The notes beneath the pieces were generated by a model. That model was given only the letters and a program-made list of their open reading frames with translations, was not told where the DNA came from and searched no databases. A stretch of DNA of 48,570 bases from Lenisia limosa (lineage: Eukaryota > Protista > Breviatea), in the NCBI GenBank assembly GCA_001655205.1, contig LPNZ01009078.1, positions 1 through 48,570 on the forward strand. Reading direction: 5' to 3'. This document shows, in pieces, positions 13,701-26,818 of this stretch. Both the position numbers and the translations under genes were made by a program. How positions within the stretch are numbered: position 1 is the first letter of the stretch; each line of letters opens with the position of its first letter.

Positions 13701-13760
13701 CGAACTGTTGGTCTTGGAGACTGCATCAGTTCATCAGGCTTTGTTGCTGGCCTCAAGTAA
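10735..13760 (+). CDS. ADPGK: ADP-dependent glucokinase (ADP-specific PFK/GK family, multi-exon)
   Basis: LAVGYNANLDMVVNG, NASAAERY, HIGGNAALMA, DEVHLILEY, LISGFHLLE, MHVELAS, DSLGLNEQEL, LTRIHFHSL, VPVLV, RTVGLGDCISSSG-TAA. The motif order matches metazoan ADPGK, including the GxGD catalytic motif. Confidence 0.9.
11057..11227 (+). other. Non-canonical GC-AG intron in ADPGK
   Basis: Exon ends CAA AAG|GCATGA, and read-through hits TGA. The next exon after TTAG starts ATT GTT GAC in phase 0, giving KEIFQK|IVDAARAIPEHGVHIGGNAA, collinear with ADPGK. No in-phase GT donor at this position. Confidence 0.7.
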
Positions 13761-13926
13761 CTCTTCTCTTCTTCTGATTTCATTATATCTTATATTTCTC
13801 TTCTTTGTGGCTACTTGGAATGGTAGTAGTTTTACGCTTTAGAGTATATTGAAGGAAGCAGTAGTAATAAATGTATTATCTGAATTCACCTCAGAAAAAT
13901 TAAGACCTGATTGGACGGAGATCGAT

Positions 13927-16900
13927 TTATTCGAATTTATTGGCAGTGAAGAATTGCTTGATGGTCTCAGCAGAGATCTCGCCCCTCCGTTGCTGCGAGT
14001 GTCAATGATAGATGTTGTGTAATGTTTAAGCAAAAAAACAAAGCAAAGAGTTGCTAAAAGAACGTGAAAGTTGGACAATATTCTGAGATAGATAGTTACC
14101 TGGTGCGATGAAGTGATTTCAACCAAAAGGTCAATGAGAATCTTCTTGAGCTCGCCGGTGAGCATCCTGCCGGATTTGTACTCATCATAAATCCTACAGT
14201 GTCAGCTGCCGACGTAGAAGCATGGTAATTTGTTTATGGTGTCCCTTCATATTAATTTGTAATTATTTCTCTTGTTTTTTTTTAAAAGAAATCAAGAAGC
14301 AGAAACATACCGTTTGAGTTCTTCGTCATCGTCAAGGAAGAAGGTCAGGTACTGGTAGGAAACATCAATATCAGGGTTACCTTGAAGATTAGTGATGAAA
14401 GCGAGCATCAACAAAACAACGGCACCACACATACCGCCATATTTACGATGGTCCTCAACGGTTTCTCTTCCCCCACTGAAGGAATATTTGTTGATCTAAA
14501 CGATTAAAAGATGAACAATTAAAGATAATAAGGGTCACACAAAGAAATGCCAATCAACCTTGTTTTTAATTTGCTTGGGAGTGTCAGTTACGAAGATGGC
14601 TCCTTCTGTCTTCGACGCCGACATTTTGCCTGCCGCGCCCTACTTAGTCAAAACAGCACGGGATTTGAGGGTCACAGATCTTGGAAAGATTCGGTAATGA
14701 TCATAATGTCCGAAGCCTACTTGAAGAGGGGGGAAGAACTTGGAATGGATGAGAGCGGGCTTGAGGAACTTGAGACGGGGGGCAACATCACGTGCCACAC
14801 TGGGGGGGGGGGNNNNNNNNNNNNNNNNNNNNNNNNNNNNNNNNNNNNNNNNNNNNNNNNNNNNNNNNNNNNNNNNNNNNNNNNNNNNNNNNNNNNNNNN
14901 NNNNNNNNNNNNNTTGTAACAGAAAAAAACAACAGTGCACAAAGATTTTTTTTTATGAAAAAAGGCGAAAATAGTATATATTATATATCATATATTATAT
15001 GTATCAAATATATTTTTTTAAAAAAAGAGAAGCAAAATGAATTACGAACCAAATAAGAATGGGGGCAAAGTAACTGAGACAAAAAAGAGGGTAAGACAAT
15101 CAAATTAAATCTATCAAAGTAATAAAACGGTTCAGCATCAATGTCACCAGTGGCCCGTCTTTCGTACCGGAAATAGTTGTCTTGGTCGATTCCACAGGGG
15201 ATGAGACACGGCACACGGGGGTTGTTGTTGAAGACTGCGGGGAAAGCTTCACTGAAAGCAGGGGCAATCTAAGAGGTGAAGACCGTGCAAATCTGGTCCA
15301 GCCAAAGTCCAGAGTACAAATTAAATGAAACTATAGTTTTCATCTGATCCAAAAAGCTCTATCATAGATTAACACGTAATTCTGTTCTATTGGCAGGGGC
15401 TTCCTATTATATACTATATATATGAAAGAGCCCACGAACCTGAATAGCTGGGAAGGCCCATTGTCCAATATTCGATTCATTGTTGAAACCGAACACCTGG
15501 GGGGGGGGGGGTCAAAGNNNNNNNNNNNNNNNNNNNNNNNNNNNNNNNNNNNNNNNNNTTATGATGGATAATACCATACCCAAACCAACCTTGGAAGCTG
15601 TAGTGCCAGACACACGTCTTTGGATCTGAACAACAGTTTTGTACATTGTACTGAAAAGTGAAAAGAGAACATCGATATATGAGCCACCTAAATGAACCAG
15701 CTACCAAATCCCCTGCTTTTTACAAAAAAGCACATATTATATTGATCTTCACACATAATTATCATAGTATTTGGTATAATAAACACTACGCGAAATACTC
15801 ACTGCTTACCCCATGTAATCGAAGTTGCTGAACATAAAGGTCTTCTCAGGGTCAAAGCCGCAGGCAATAATGTCCTGAAGTAGTCAAAAGAGTTCTAATT
15901 TGCAATTACAGAAGTTCATTCATTGGATACCTTGGCATTTTCTTCAAGGAATCTCTGTGACTCTTCCAGAGTAAGTCCCTTCCACAGGTACTTTTCATCA
16001 TCAGTAAGTTGGACCACCAGATAGCAACCAAAAACACGCTGGAGGTATCTGTCAAAATGAGATTATGGTCGTAAAGCGGGAAATGGAAATATGAGGCATA
16101 CTGGGTAAAGATGAAGGGCATCATATGTCCAAGATGGAGAGAGTCTGAGGAAGGTCCTGAAAATGTCAGAGTGTTACCTCAACTGAATCCCCGCCAAAAT
16201 CTCGACTTACCTCTTCCAGTGTAGAGATAGAACGGTTTTCCTTGCTCGTAAAGGTCAAGAATGTTCTCAAGGTCTCTGAATTGTTAAGTGTGAACCAACT
16301 AGCATTTGATAGTAACGCAGAAAGAAAATTTAACACACGGGTGGAAAACAGTCCATAAATAGTTGTAGGATTTTGATTGAATAAACACCGATTCGATATG
16401 ATATACAAAAGAGCTCTAAAGGTCAAACCCCACCTGTGAGAATAGAAAAGACCGCGTCTGAGGTAAAGATGTGGTCTTTCACCGGTCACTCTCTGTAAGT
16501 TTAATAATAGGACTATACAAAGAGTTTTGAAAGATTAGAAAATGTATATTACTTGCCATATTATATGTTATATCATCATATTACGGGTAGACACAGAAAC
16601 GTAGATATGGTATGCTGCCACCAGGCTGGGCCAAGGGCCTGAATTGCCATCTCAACATTACCCCATCCAACCTCAAATCGCTCCAAAAGCTCAGGGGTAA
16701 TCGAAGATGCTCCAAATTCTCTGCGAAGTTTGTCATAATCCACAACATCATCATCCCCCACATCCCAAGGGGTGACCTGTGAGTCGCCTTCCAATACTGC
16801 AAGCGTTATTGCTGGAACCTATATGTTCGTACCTTCAGCCTTCTCTTCCTTAGAGACAGGGGAGGCGGTGGGAGTAGCTTCAGATGCAGGTGATTCTCCC

Positions 16901-17188
16901 TTGGCGGCGAGCTTACGGGCTCTCTTCTCCTCAATAGACATCTTCTCAACCTTTTTTTTCCCCTGATGATAAGGTCAACACGATAGGAAGCAAAGACCTA
17001 CGAATTTCTCATTTTTCTCGGCGATGAGAACGTCTTTTTTGTCATTAAGTACCTTAATCTAATGATAAATAACGTTTTTCATCAAAAAAAAGACTCACCT
17101 CCTCCTCAGGGCCCTTAGCCTTCTTTAAAGCTGACAGTTGCGAGATGATATCGCGAATAGCGAGACTGTAGTCCTTTTCACTTTCCAT
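13927..17188 (-). CDS. WARS1: Cytosolic tryptophanyl-tRNA synthetase with N-terminal helical (WHEP-like) extension (multi-exon)
   Basis: QVTPWDV...[34 protein letters not shown] (HIGH motif), [52 protein letters not shown] (KMSKS motif), [18 protein letters not shown]; ends FTANKFE-TAA. Confidence 0.95.
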
Positions 17189-17563
17189 ATTTGATTACGA
17201 AAACACCAGAAAAAGGGTGTTTTAGAAAAATTGAATTGTGGAAAAACTCCACATGATCATAATGATCTAAATGAGTCTCAAAACACCTTTGAAACACCAC
17301 ACAGCAAACACTGTCAAGTCATCTAACTTATTGATCATGATTAATCATCACAGTATCAGCATTTAACATTGGTAGAGCATTGGAACTTTGGAATACAAAA
17401 ACAAAAAAACAGGATACATTCTAATATGAAATGCACATGGACATGCTCATAATACAACACAGCTCTCACAAAAATACAAACCTCATATAACAATCAATAA
17501 AACAGAAAAAGAAAAATTTATAACTAATAGAGTACAAGATAAGACCTCCTTCAGAAACCCAGG

Positions 17564-20500
17564 TCACTGGACCGCACATTCGGGGGATAAGTCATCCGCC
17601 ATTGCTACGGATGCCGCCTTGAGAATGAGAAAACAATGTGAAAAATGATACAATAATCATATAATCCAAACTGATATACATAATAATACATACATGTATA
17701 TATATCATATATATATTCATAAAGCTACTGCTGCTACAAATACACCAATATATCGTGCTAAGGTGGGCGGGGGTGATATTGAGTATTGAGTGGTGAGTTT
17801 TCACAGTCACATAAACGTAACCTGCCACGCCTCACATTCCTTAGCAGCTCAACAGCCGCTTCCAGTCGCTCAGTTCCTTCTAATGTACCAAGGTTCTGAC
17901 CTGCATCGTAAGACTCATTTTTGTTTCCATTGTTCAAAGGGAGCTAATCCTTTCACCATTGTCTTCTACATTATGACTGGCCAAAACAGTCTGTGCTATG
18001 TCCACAATCGAATCTGTAGAGTAATTATCTGGTAAGAAGATAATGACATGATCTTAGTGAGGGAGAACAAAATAGCAGTAATCTCATAGAACTACAGGAC
18101 AGTCCCTCACCAGTGAGATGAGAGTACTGCTGATCATTATCTGCCAATGCCTACGAAGTCAATTTTTTTTTGGTTTGATTTCCGGACTGGCATGGAAATA
18201 AGACCAGTTTACGGATCATAATCGTAAGCTCCACTCACTGTGGTTGCAGCTCTAATTGCCTCTAATGACTCCTCCAAATCAGATCTCATAATCACATTCT
18301 GGTTGGGTTAACAAATGTGCCAGAGAAGGAACTGAATGTCATAGACCTATCAGACATATGAGCCCCAACAACAAAAGCCCCGTACCGACTCAGCGGTGTC
18401 ATTGAACTTCTTCTTCAAGTCCTCCAGCTCCTAGAGAATAATCATTTGAGTATCTAAACTAACCTCTTGAAGCTCAATTTTTGTTTGTACTTCACGGCTC
18501 AAATGATCTTGGCACTCATCAAGGGTTCCCTGGAGCTGAGCCTGGGCCTCTGCTGACTGGGAGAATGAGATTTATTGAAGGGTTTTTTCTGGTCAAGTAA
18601 GAGTCTCTGGCAGGTTTACGACAAATAATATTCAGAAAGGTCGAAATGATTCCCCCTTCCCACATTGAGCGCAGCGCCTTCAGATCGTTCCAAACTTAAA
18701 GTTAAGGCCTCCACCTCAGCTGTCAACAATTGCTCCCTCTGTAACCATAAGACAAGCTTCTCAGCACCGCCATAACCACTACTATCACTCAATTCCGGCT
18801 CGAACCTGAGACGCGAGACCCAGTTGCTCTTGTTGCTGCGAAATCACGGTTTGACTAATTCGTGCCTCCTAAATAGTAAAACTCCAAATCCCAGAGTTAG
18901 TAAAAGATGTGGAAGCTCATTTAGTGTTATAAAGCAAAACCTTAATTTCACTCGGTCCCTTTATACTTCAACAATGGTCGCAAAAGACTCATTTTGCTCT
19001 TCCGACTGTTGGAAAGAAGCTTCATTGAAATACTGGTCAAGAGGGCTCGGTCTGCATTGTGAATCATCATTTTATATTTGTAAAGTAGTTTGCATACTAG
19101 ATTTTTAAATTTCAAATTTCAAATAACTATGAAATTTTTTAAATTTTCACATTTACTCTTCTATTTTCAGTTGAATCTGAAATCTTGAATTTTCAAAATA
19201 ATTACGAAATTATTTGAAAATTGAAATTAGAAAACCCGGTGAAGTAACTGAAGATGAACCATATCACTATGATATTAATGCCATTATATGGCAATGGGAA
19301 ATAGCTGAATTGGCCCAGCCAAACACCCGGTTCCCCCCACTCTCCATCAAACACCCGGCTCCCCCCACTCTCCATCTTGGGTTCGGCTCATGAAGTTGTC
19401 TCTATCACTTTCAAACTTTCGAAGCTGTTCTGCCATACGACTGTTCGCTTCCTTAACAGTAAGGACTGGTAGTCCAAGATCATCCTTGATAAAAGAGGCA
19501 GGAACTCACTTCAAGCTCTCTGATATAACCCTCTTGGTTTTGGATTACTCCGCGAAGTTGTGCGACAGTGGACTAAAGAAGTGAGTAATTGAGCAGAGTT
19601 TCTCCTGTAACCAACCACTTGGGTCTGAGTCTGTTGGGCCTCGTCCCTCTCCTCCTGAACAATGGGAGATGTTGAGCTGTCAATCATTTCTTCCGTCCTA
19701 CAGCGTCACATTACTAATTCGCTTCGTATTTTGAAGTAGATCAGACTCGCACTTTTGAGTGGAAGCCGTAACGGATTGACTGAGCATCTGTCTTTGTTGG
19801 AGGGCATTCAATCTGAACAGTTAAGAAAAGAGGGAATTTCAAGAGTGACATTCTATTTCTCAACAGCCAAATAAATTAGTGTGGTACCTTTCTCCACCCA
19901 CAGATCTATTCCAGACTGCATCTCAACAAGCTGTCCCTTTAGTAGCTCTCCTCTCTTTTCTGGGGATGGGATTACCTTATCAAAAACAAACTGAGAAATA
20001 ATATGAGTATTCTATTCAAACCAATACAATATAAGCAATCCATGTGCATACCGAGCTGATTGTTATGATTCTTCAATGCGTCCGCCATCTAATGGTTAAT
20101 GGAGTGTTCAAAAGGCCAAGGGGAATTATATCCTGTTCGTGTAATCTACAGTCCAATATACATGCATACCTCAGTCACGGAGTCGGCCCGGGCTGATGAT
20201 TCTTTGAGAAGCTGTTCTGTGCTGTCCAACTGGCTTTCAAGTTCAATATTACGGCCGCTGGCTTCTGAGAGTTGGGCCTTGGGTGTAAAGATCAAGAAAT
20301 CGAGGATTCTTTGTTGGCGAAACCCGTCATGTCTGGGACAAACTCTTATCATTTTTACGCTGGACCAGGAACAGATTAAATTACATCTCGAAAATGGGTG
20401 ATGGAGTACTGTGAAGTCAGAGCTTTGTTAACGCCCTCCCCACCCCCACAGCTTATTGAGAGACAAATAATGACACGATTTCCAAGTCCAATTCATACCA

Positions 20501-22351
20501 AAAGAGCATTTTTGGTCATGTTGCTTGCTTCAAGAGCTCTTCTACTCTCACTCTAAAAGGTGAATATCAAACTCACACGCCACGATCATTATCATTCATT
20601 ACTCTGCATACAAGTTCCCTTTCAACGTCTAAACGGGAGGCGTTGAAGCTTTCTAAACTGTCAAAGAAAGTGTCTCAGTTGTTTCATGGAAGGTGGGGTA
20701 TTTATACATCTGTACATATGAACAAAACACTAGTGATCGTTATTCACTTTGTCAACTCACTTGCAAGAGCATCTGATTCTTTGACTTTCATTTCAGACTG
20801 TGAGAGGTCTTCAACTCTTTGAGATAGTTCAGCATTCTGAAAGGATGAACTTTTATGATGTTAAGACAGTGACACCGCGGCAGCGCCCTAGTACCCTTGT
20901 TTTGAGTATGTTTATTGCCTCATCCTGGGCAATTCGAGTGCGGGCTGCGGCTGCTGCCGCTCTTCGGCCATTATTTTGCTGATGAGTTAGGGCGGCACTT
21001 CGCAATGTCGATATCACTCCATATCTCAAATGGGTTTCAAACATTTAAAGAGATATGTATTATTTTTAACCCCCCCCCCCCNNNNNNNNNNNNNNNNNNN
21101 NNNNNNNNNNNNNNNNNNNNNNNNNNNNNNNNNNNNNNNNNNNNNNNNNNNNNNNNNNNNNNNNNCTGTAAGGACTGGCTTGCCTCGAATGCCGAGCTTA
21201 TGGAGGCGTCAGCAGGATGGTTTGGCTTAGTTGGCTCAAGGTCCGCAGTTGTCAAATGCGGCGTTGTCTGGGGCAATCAGCTCAATTACAACAGAAATAC
21301 ACTTCCAAATAATTGAACTGTTCCAGCATCCCCCCATACTTCAGGACTACCTAAGGCAGCAGATATTTTAGACACCCGAGAAGGGGTGAAAGAATTCTCG
21401 GAATGGTCATGCATTGTGGGGCGAATAGGGGTGGAGAACTGTGAGCTTGGAGCTGAGGTAGGGGCGCTATCCACAATGTCGCCCTTGGATGACTTCTCCA
21501 TATTCATTATTTGTAAAGTGAGCCGTCGATTCGTTGCGTCCAGCGAGGTGTTTTGTCGCTGCAGTGCGGAGAGCCGCGAGGATATATCGGGTATGGGTGT
21601 CTGGAAGAGTGAACGTGTGATTTGCCATGGCATACGGTTGCCTATTTTTACCTGTTGCTTGTATGGCGAAGTGGGCGGAACTACATAGGCATTTGAGGAG
21701 TACGAAAAGCGGTGGGGGGTTCTAAATTCCGTCATGATCAAAGACAACGTGAAAGAACTAAAGCAAAAATGCCAAACTCAAAAATGTACGAATCTTGAAA
21801 AAATGTTGCAGGTGCTTCGCTCACTGGGTATGAGAAAGTGTGGAGGTAGCGCAGTGGCCGGCCAAAGATGGTGTCTACGCTTATAAAAGTTGCAAATATG
21901 AGCAGCAATACAAAGCGTAAACGTTTGTTTTTTTTCAAAAAAGAAAAAGAAAGTAAGACACAGTCAAAAAAAATTTGAATGAAGAGGTTTATACTGAATT
22001 CCTGGGGCATCTTGTCTGTAAATAGTATAGTATATGTCAACATACCATATCATACGAAAAAACAACAACAAGAAAAAAACATACAGTAATGAATGTAGTT
22101 TCATTCAACTCGGACAACACAAACCTGAAGGCTCTGGGTTCCCATTAAGTATGATGATGCCATGGATGGGTGAGCCTGTCATATGTAAACAGAATGTCCA
22201 GATTTTTACAACTAACCAAATGGGCGCCATGTGAATGTGAAGATGTGGAGGAAACCTCTTGGACGCCAGCATTACGATTAGGAGAGCTATGTAAGCCCTT
22301 TTCTGGTATTTTAAACCCAGGCGGGAGAGCAGAACCAGGAGGGGATTGCAT
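17564..22351 (-). CDS. Multi-exon coiled-coil protein of unknown family (could be two tandem genes split near 19100-19350)
   Basis: Ser/Pro-rich N-terminal exons (MQSPPGSALPPGFKIPEK, SRLSALQRQNTSLDATNRRL) followed by heptad-like exons (AQLSEASGRNIELESQLDSTEQLLKE, KEANSRMAEQLRKFESDRD, REQLLTAEVEALTLSLE, ELEDLKKKFND) with GT-AG borders. No family motif recognised. Confidence 0.5.
19321..19376. repeat. Tandem duplication, 2 x 28 bp, at a probable exon/intron junction
   Basis: AAACACCCGG(T/C)TCCCCCCACTCTCCATC twice, one mismatch. Confidence 0.9.
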
Positions 22352-22574
22352 GTTTGGGATTTTCCAGTTACACAACTATCAATTTCGCTTTATTTCTCAA
22401 TATTTTTTAAAATTTAACTATATTTCTATATTTTAGCACAAACAAAAGGGGCAGACAGGGGATCAAAAAGTAGACAATTGCGCCACGTGTGAAGTGTCCC
22501 TTAACATTTTTTCTCACTGCACAAATGGCACAAAACTGCAGTTCACGGACAGTTCACGGACAAGCAGAAAAAAG

Positions 22575-25500
22575 ATGATGAATGAGTGCATTGTATTTAT
22601 TTTAGTTGCACTTTTGTCCTTCGGATCAGCTAAGACTATCATTGTGAGGTGGTATTGAATCGTTGGGTGCTATCTGTGTTTGTATCTATGTCTATTATGT
22701 ACGAAGAGGTGATGAGGAGTAATTGCAACAAAATATTTTTGAACAGCCTTTGAAAGATATCAAAGAGATTATTCATATCCATCGATATCGTTCGGCTACA
22801 TCTCCTCACCCTTACGCTCTAGAATGTGGGGGATGGTGTGTCACTTGAGTCAGCTTTTGCCATGGTGATGAACCACACCGAGGAGGTAAGCAGTTACGAT
22901 TATTATCTGTAATCATTTTTTAATATTGTCCAAAAAAAGAACAGTCCTTGACTTCTATCATTCAACAATAATAATGTTCCTAATCAAGATGATCAGGTAA
23001 TAATAACAACAACAACTATTTGTTAAAAGGGAGTAATTGAAAGACAAAGATCTATGTACTCCACGGTTCGCATAAAGTTCAGAGCATAAATGTGACCCAG
23101 GTCAAAGCAAATGGCACGTTCGTGTATCTCACCATGGGGAGGGATTACACTCTACTTTTTAGGATCCTCCTCCCCATTGCGTCTTTCATGTTTCCTTTTT
23201 CGATTCAATCTGAAAAATTTAGGTTGTTGTCCGTATCCCAGGTGGTAAATATCAGTGGGTTGGGAGTTGAGCTTTTTTCAAAGTAATGATACATCTCTCT
23301 CTCTCTCTCTCTCTCTCTCNNNNNNNNNNNNNNNNNNNNNNNNNNNNNNNNNNNNNNNNNNNNNNNNNNNNNNNNNNNNNNNNNNNNNNNNNNNNNNNNN
23401 NNNNNNNNNNNNNNNNNNNNNNCTTTTCTGTTAACTCTTAGGTTTGCGGCTGCCCTTCACACCAGTGTTGCCAATGTGGTGGAAATTGAGGGAGACGCCA
23501 AGGATGTGCCCATTCTGGAGTGGGTGGGAAAAAGGGGGGAAAAATTTGACAAAAAATATTGGCATAGATGTACTAATCACGAATCGAAAGAGTGGGGGTA
23601 AAGATTTACCAGATATGCAGAAAGAGAAATAGTTTTGTACAGAGTGGTGGCGATGATTGTGACTTTTGAGATGGGATTTTTGGTTTTGATTCGCGAAGGT
23701 ACATTGGAAGCCCCAATGCAGTACCAATGCACTTCAAAGGCAAGACAAAGATGCAAAATGTGGCGCTGGATCTCCCAACCTCAGACCGGGCTTTTGTTGT
23801 CGAATCTCTGGGTGCCTTTAAGGTGAGAATGTTATGCTCAATTTGGTTGGGACTCTTCTGTCAAAATAAAACAAAATGAAAAAAAATGAATTTCTCAATA
23901 AATCCAAGTTAAATTTCCATATTTTACTTTTATGCCCAAATGATTCCGCATGTCGATAACCCCCAGGACGTTAACATTCGCACCAATGCTGTTGTCGGTG
24001 TGGACACCTCCTCCTCAAATGTCAAATTCCAGGGAACTGTAGGTAGTTTCTCAGTTGTGCTCATATTAACACCTTAGGTTATGGGTGCTTCTGTCAACTC
24101 TTTCCGTGCCCACACTTCTTCTCTTGATGATTTGGTAAGCTTCACCACTTTGTGAATATTAGAGATTTATTATATTGATTGAAGGGTTAGCTATCAAAGT
24201 GATAGTGAAACCCTTTATCTCATATATTCGTTCTATCTGCCATTAGTGGCCTCCTTATTAGGGGGGTGTTACTGCATATACATCACGTAGTATATGAAAA
24301 CATGTACTATATATGTATCATAATATCATACATTATACAGTGAGTTACATAAATATTGGCAAAAAGTTGTTCCTAATAACTTGTCGCAAAATAGGTCTTA
24401 TTCTCTGAAAAGTTCATTTTATTGGGATTTGAACAATATTTTATTTTTTGCACACAATGTTGTTGTAAATTTATTTTATGATGTTTTTAACGAAATATAT
24501 TAACAATACCACTTGTAATACCATAAAAAATCAGTGCACCAAAACGCTGAAAAATTCTAGTACTTAAGTTGGCCCGCCCCCCTTGGTGGCGATGACAGCC
24601 GAAAAAACATCATGGTATTGTGACAATCACCATTTTTTATTTAGTGAACCCAAATTACCTTCCATGTTTAAATTGGGTGAATGAAAAAAAATCAAAATAT
24701 CTGCCAAAAATACGAATTTTGGTGGATTCACATATTTGGCGAAAAGTTATAAGAAATAACTTTTTGCCATTATTTATGTAACACACTGTATGTGACCCTC
24801 CATACTGCTACACCAGATACAGCAACATAATTCATTTGGAAATCGGTTTCCACCTGTATGGTAACTGTTTAAAAGAACTTCTACCCCTAGTTGTTATATC
24901 TTAGTTACATTTGAGTATTGTTTTTTTGTTCACCCTGGTCCGCGCTCTGTCCATCCAGCTTTGATCCCCTCGGGGGTCGTATGCTTGGGACGGCTCTAAG
25001 CGTTATGAAATAAGTCGGATTTTTTAACATTTCCCTTACTTTTTTAACGCCTTACAGGTACGTTTGGGTGATCGAGCGGTGGTGGGACTCTTCAAAGGCT
25101 GGCTCGGGCTTGTTTTTGTTTTTGTGTTTTTGTCATCTGGCTTTTGTCTAGTTTTAGCGTTGGTTACTCACGTTTGTTATTGCTTGTTTTTTGTTTTTGT
25201 TTGTTTGGAGTTTCAGATTATTTGGTTCGTGATTAGTACCTTTACGCCGATATTCCTCATCGAAATTTCCTTCGTTTTACTCCCCCCCCCCCTCTCCAGC
25301 AACTTCGTACTGATGCACCAGTATCCGTAAATACGACTAAAGCGAACAACGTCATCATTTCAGTTCATTTGATGCGGTCGTTCAAGGCCCCTGGAGTGAG
25401 GTGAGACCAGATATTCTACTTATTGAATATTTTATTACAGTTTTTTTGGGCCACAAGACGTTTTGACATTTTAGTCTTGATATGATGTCGGAGATGAGTG

Positions 25501-26700
25501 GAGAGTTCCACATTGAAATGGCGAGCGATGAAGAGGGTGTGGCAGCTCTAAGGGTACAAAATGTAGGAATGTCCTTCCCAAAAGAAGAAACCTTATCTAG
25601 ACGAAGCGTCTCCATAGCCACATTTATCAATTGAAGTCCAACAGTATTTCACGTAATCAACTTCATCAGTTGATATTGTATCATAAATCAAGCTCTGATT
25701 CCTACATCATAAAAAGGCTCCACATTTACTGCAATATTCATCTTCACTTCTTTGTTAATTGTCTTAGGAAGGAAACCTTGACGTTATTGACAGCACTCTG
25801 ACAAACGGCTTCTTGTTCGCAACCAAAAGGTAGGCTCTCACCTGGTACGTGTGTTATATTGAATATTAAATCAAACCAACAAAAGGACTGAAGGATTATT
25901 GGTATAAGTCAGTAGCGGAAAAAGAATTTGAAGGATTTTATGCAAACACAAATATGAAATCTAATAATGGATGTGAGGTATCATATCAATGCGTTGAAAA
26001 TGGCTCAAAAAGTGATATGGTATACTATTATTATTATGAAAAACATTTTTCCTCAAAACAACATATTCCACTCACCTAATGTCACCTCTAGGTTATCACC
26101 TTTCTAGTTCTATTGCTCGCATTTCCGGGTCTCTGCATATTCGCAACACTGGAGCATACTATTCTCCTCTTTCTATTGAGAACACTGCAGTTCTGAAGGT
26201 TTGTGCATTTCAAGGGATCTGACCCTTTAGATGGCTCATGGTTCAAGTGCTGTATTGACAAACCCCTCAGACGGCGCCGGTTTGCTTGCTTCTTACTGAT
26301 AAAGGATAACTGATTTCCACCATTCGGGAAATGACTTTTCTCCTATTTGCACCAACTTTTTAGCTTGTGCCTACGTTACAAACATGGCTTCCTGCACAGT
26401 GTCTCATGTCACTTTCAATTGTCCCATCGGGTTTGCTGTTGGGATTTTTTGAAGGGGAGCTACGACCTCCTGGTTTTATTATTCTTTGCCTTGTTATTTG
26501 TTGTCATATCCTTGTGGCATTATTTCACTTTACGACGCCAGAGCCGAGGTGAAATCCATGGCACACTTCGAGTCCAAGCACGCCGATAAAGTGGGCGTCG
26601 GGCTCTATGTTTCACGTGGATTGGAATGCTCTTACCGTTCCAGGAACCCGCAGAGAAGTGTAAGACGGACGGCTTCACTTCCGTATGCAGGTTTAACTAA
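22575..26700 (+). CDS. Multi-exon secreted protein of unknown function (beta-strand-rich)
   Basis: Signal peptide MMNECIVFILVALLSFGSAKTIIV. GT-AG exons include FAAALHTSVANVVEIEGDAKDVPIL, DVNIRTNAVVGVDTSSSNVKFQGT, EGNLDVIDSTLTNGFLFATK, ARISGSLHIRNTGAYYSPLSIENTAVLK; ends EPAEKCKTDGFTSVCRFN-TAA. Continuity across 24200-24950 is uncertain. Confidence 0.5.
23295..23319. repeat. (TC)n microsatellite running into an N-gap
   Basis: TCTCTCTC... run directly before the gap. Confidence 0.9.
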
Positions 26701-26818
26701 TTTCTAAAACATAGTTTGTTTCCTTGTTTCCCCATTGTTTCCATTAATACAAACTTTATTTATGAGAAAAAAAAGAAGCAGAAACATGAATAAAATACCA
26801 TAAAACACCCCATTTCGT

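Noticed and set aside
17369-17380. TTGGTAGAGCAT resembling a tRNA D-arm
   Set aside because: No T-loop (GTTCRA) or acceptor stem at the right spacing.
19060-19105. In-frame TAA upstream of DDSQCRPSPLDQYF suggesting stop-codon reassignment
   Set aside because: TAA, TAG and TGA all terminate well-conserved genes here (ADPGK, WARS, UBA3, ATG10), and an intron acceptor explains the frame.
25382-26340. Minus-strand open frames opposite the orphan secreted gene
   Set aside because: Intron polarity (T-rich tracts, GT-AG borders) supports the plus strand, and the frames have no motifs.
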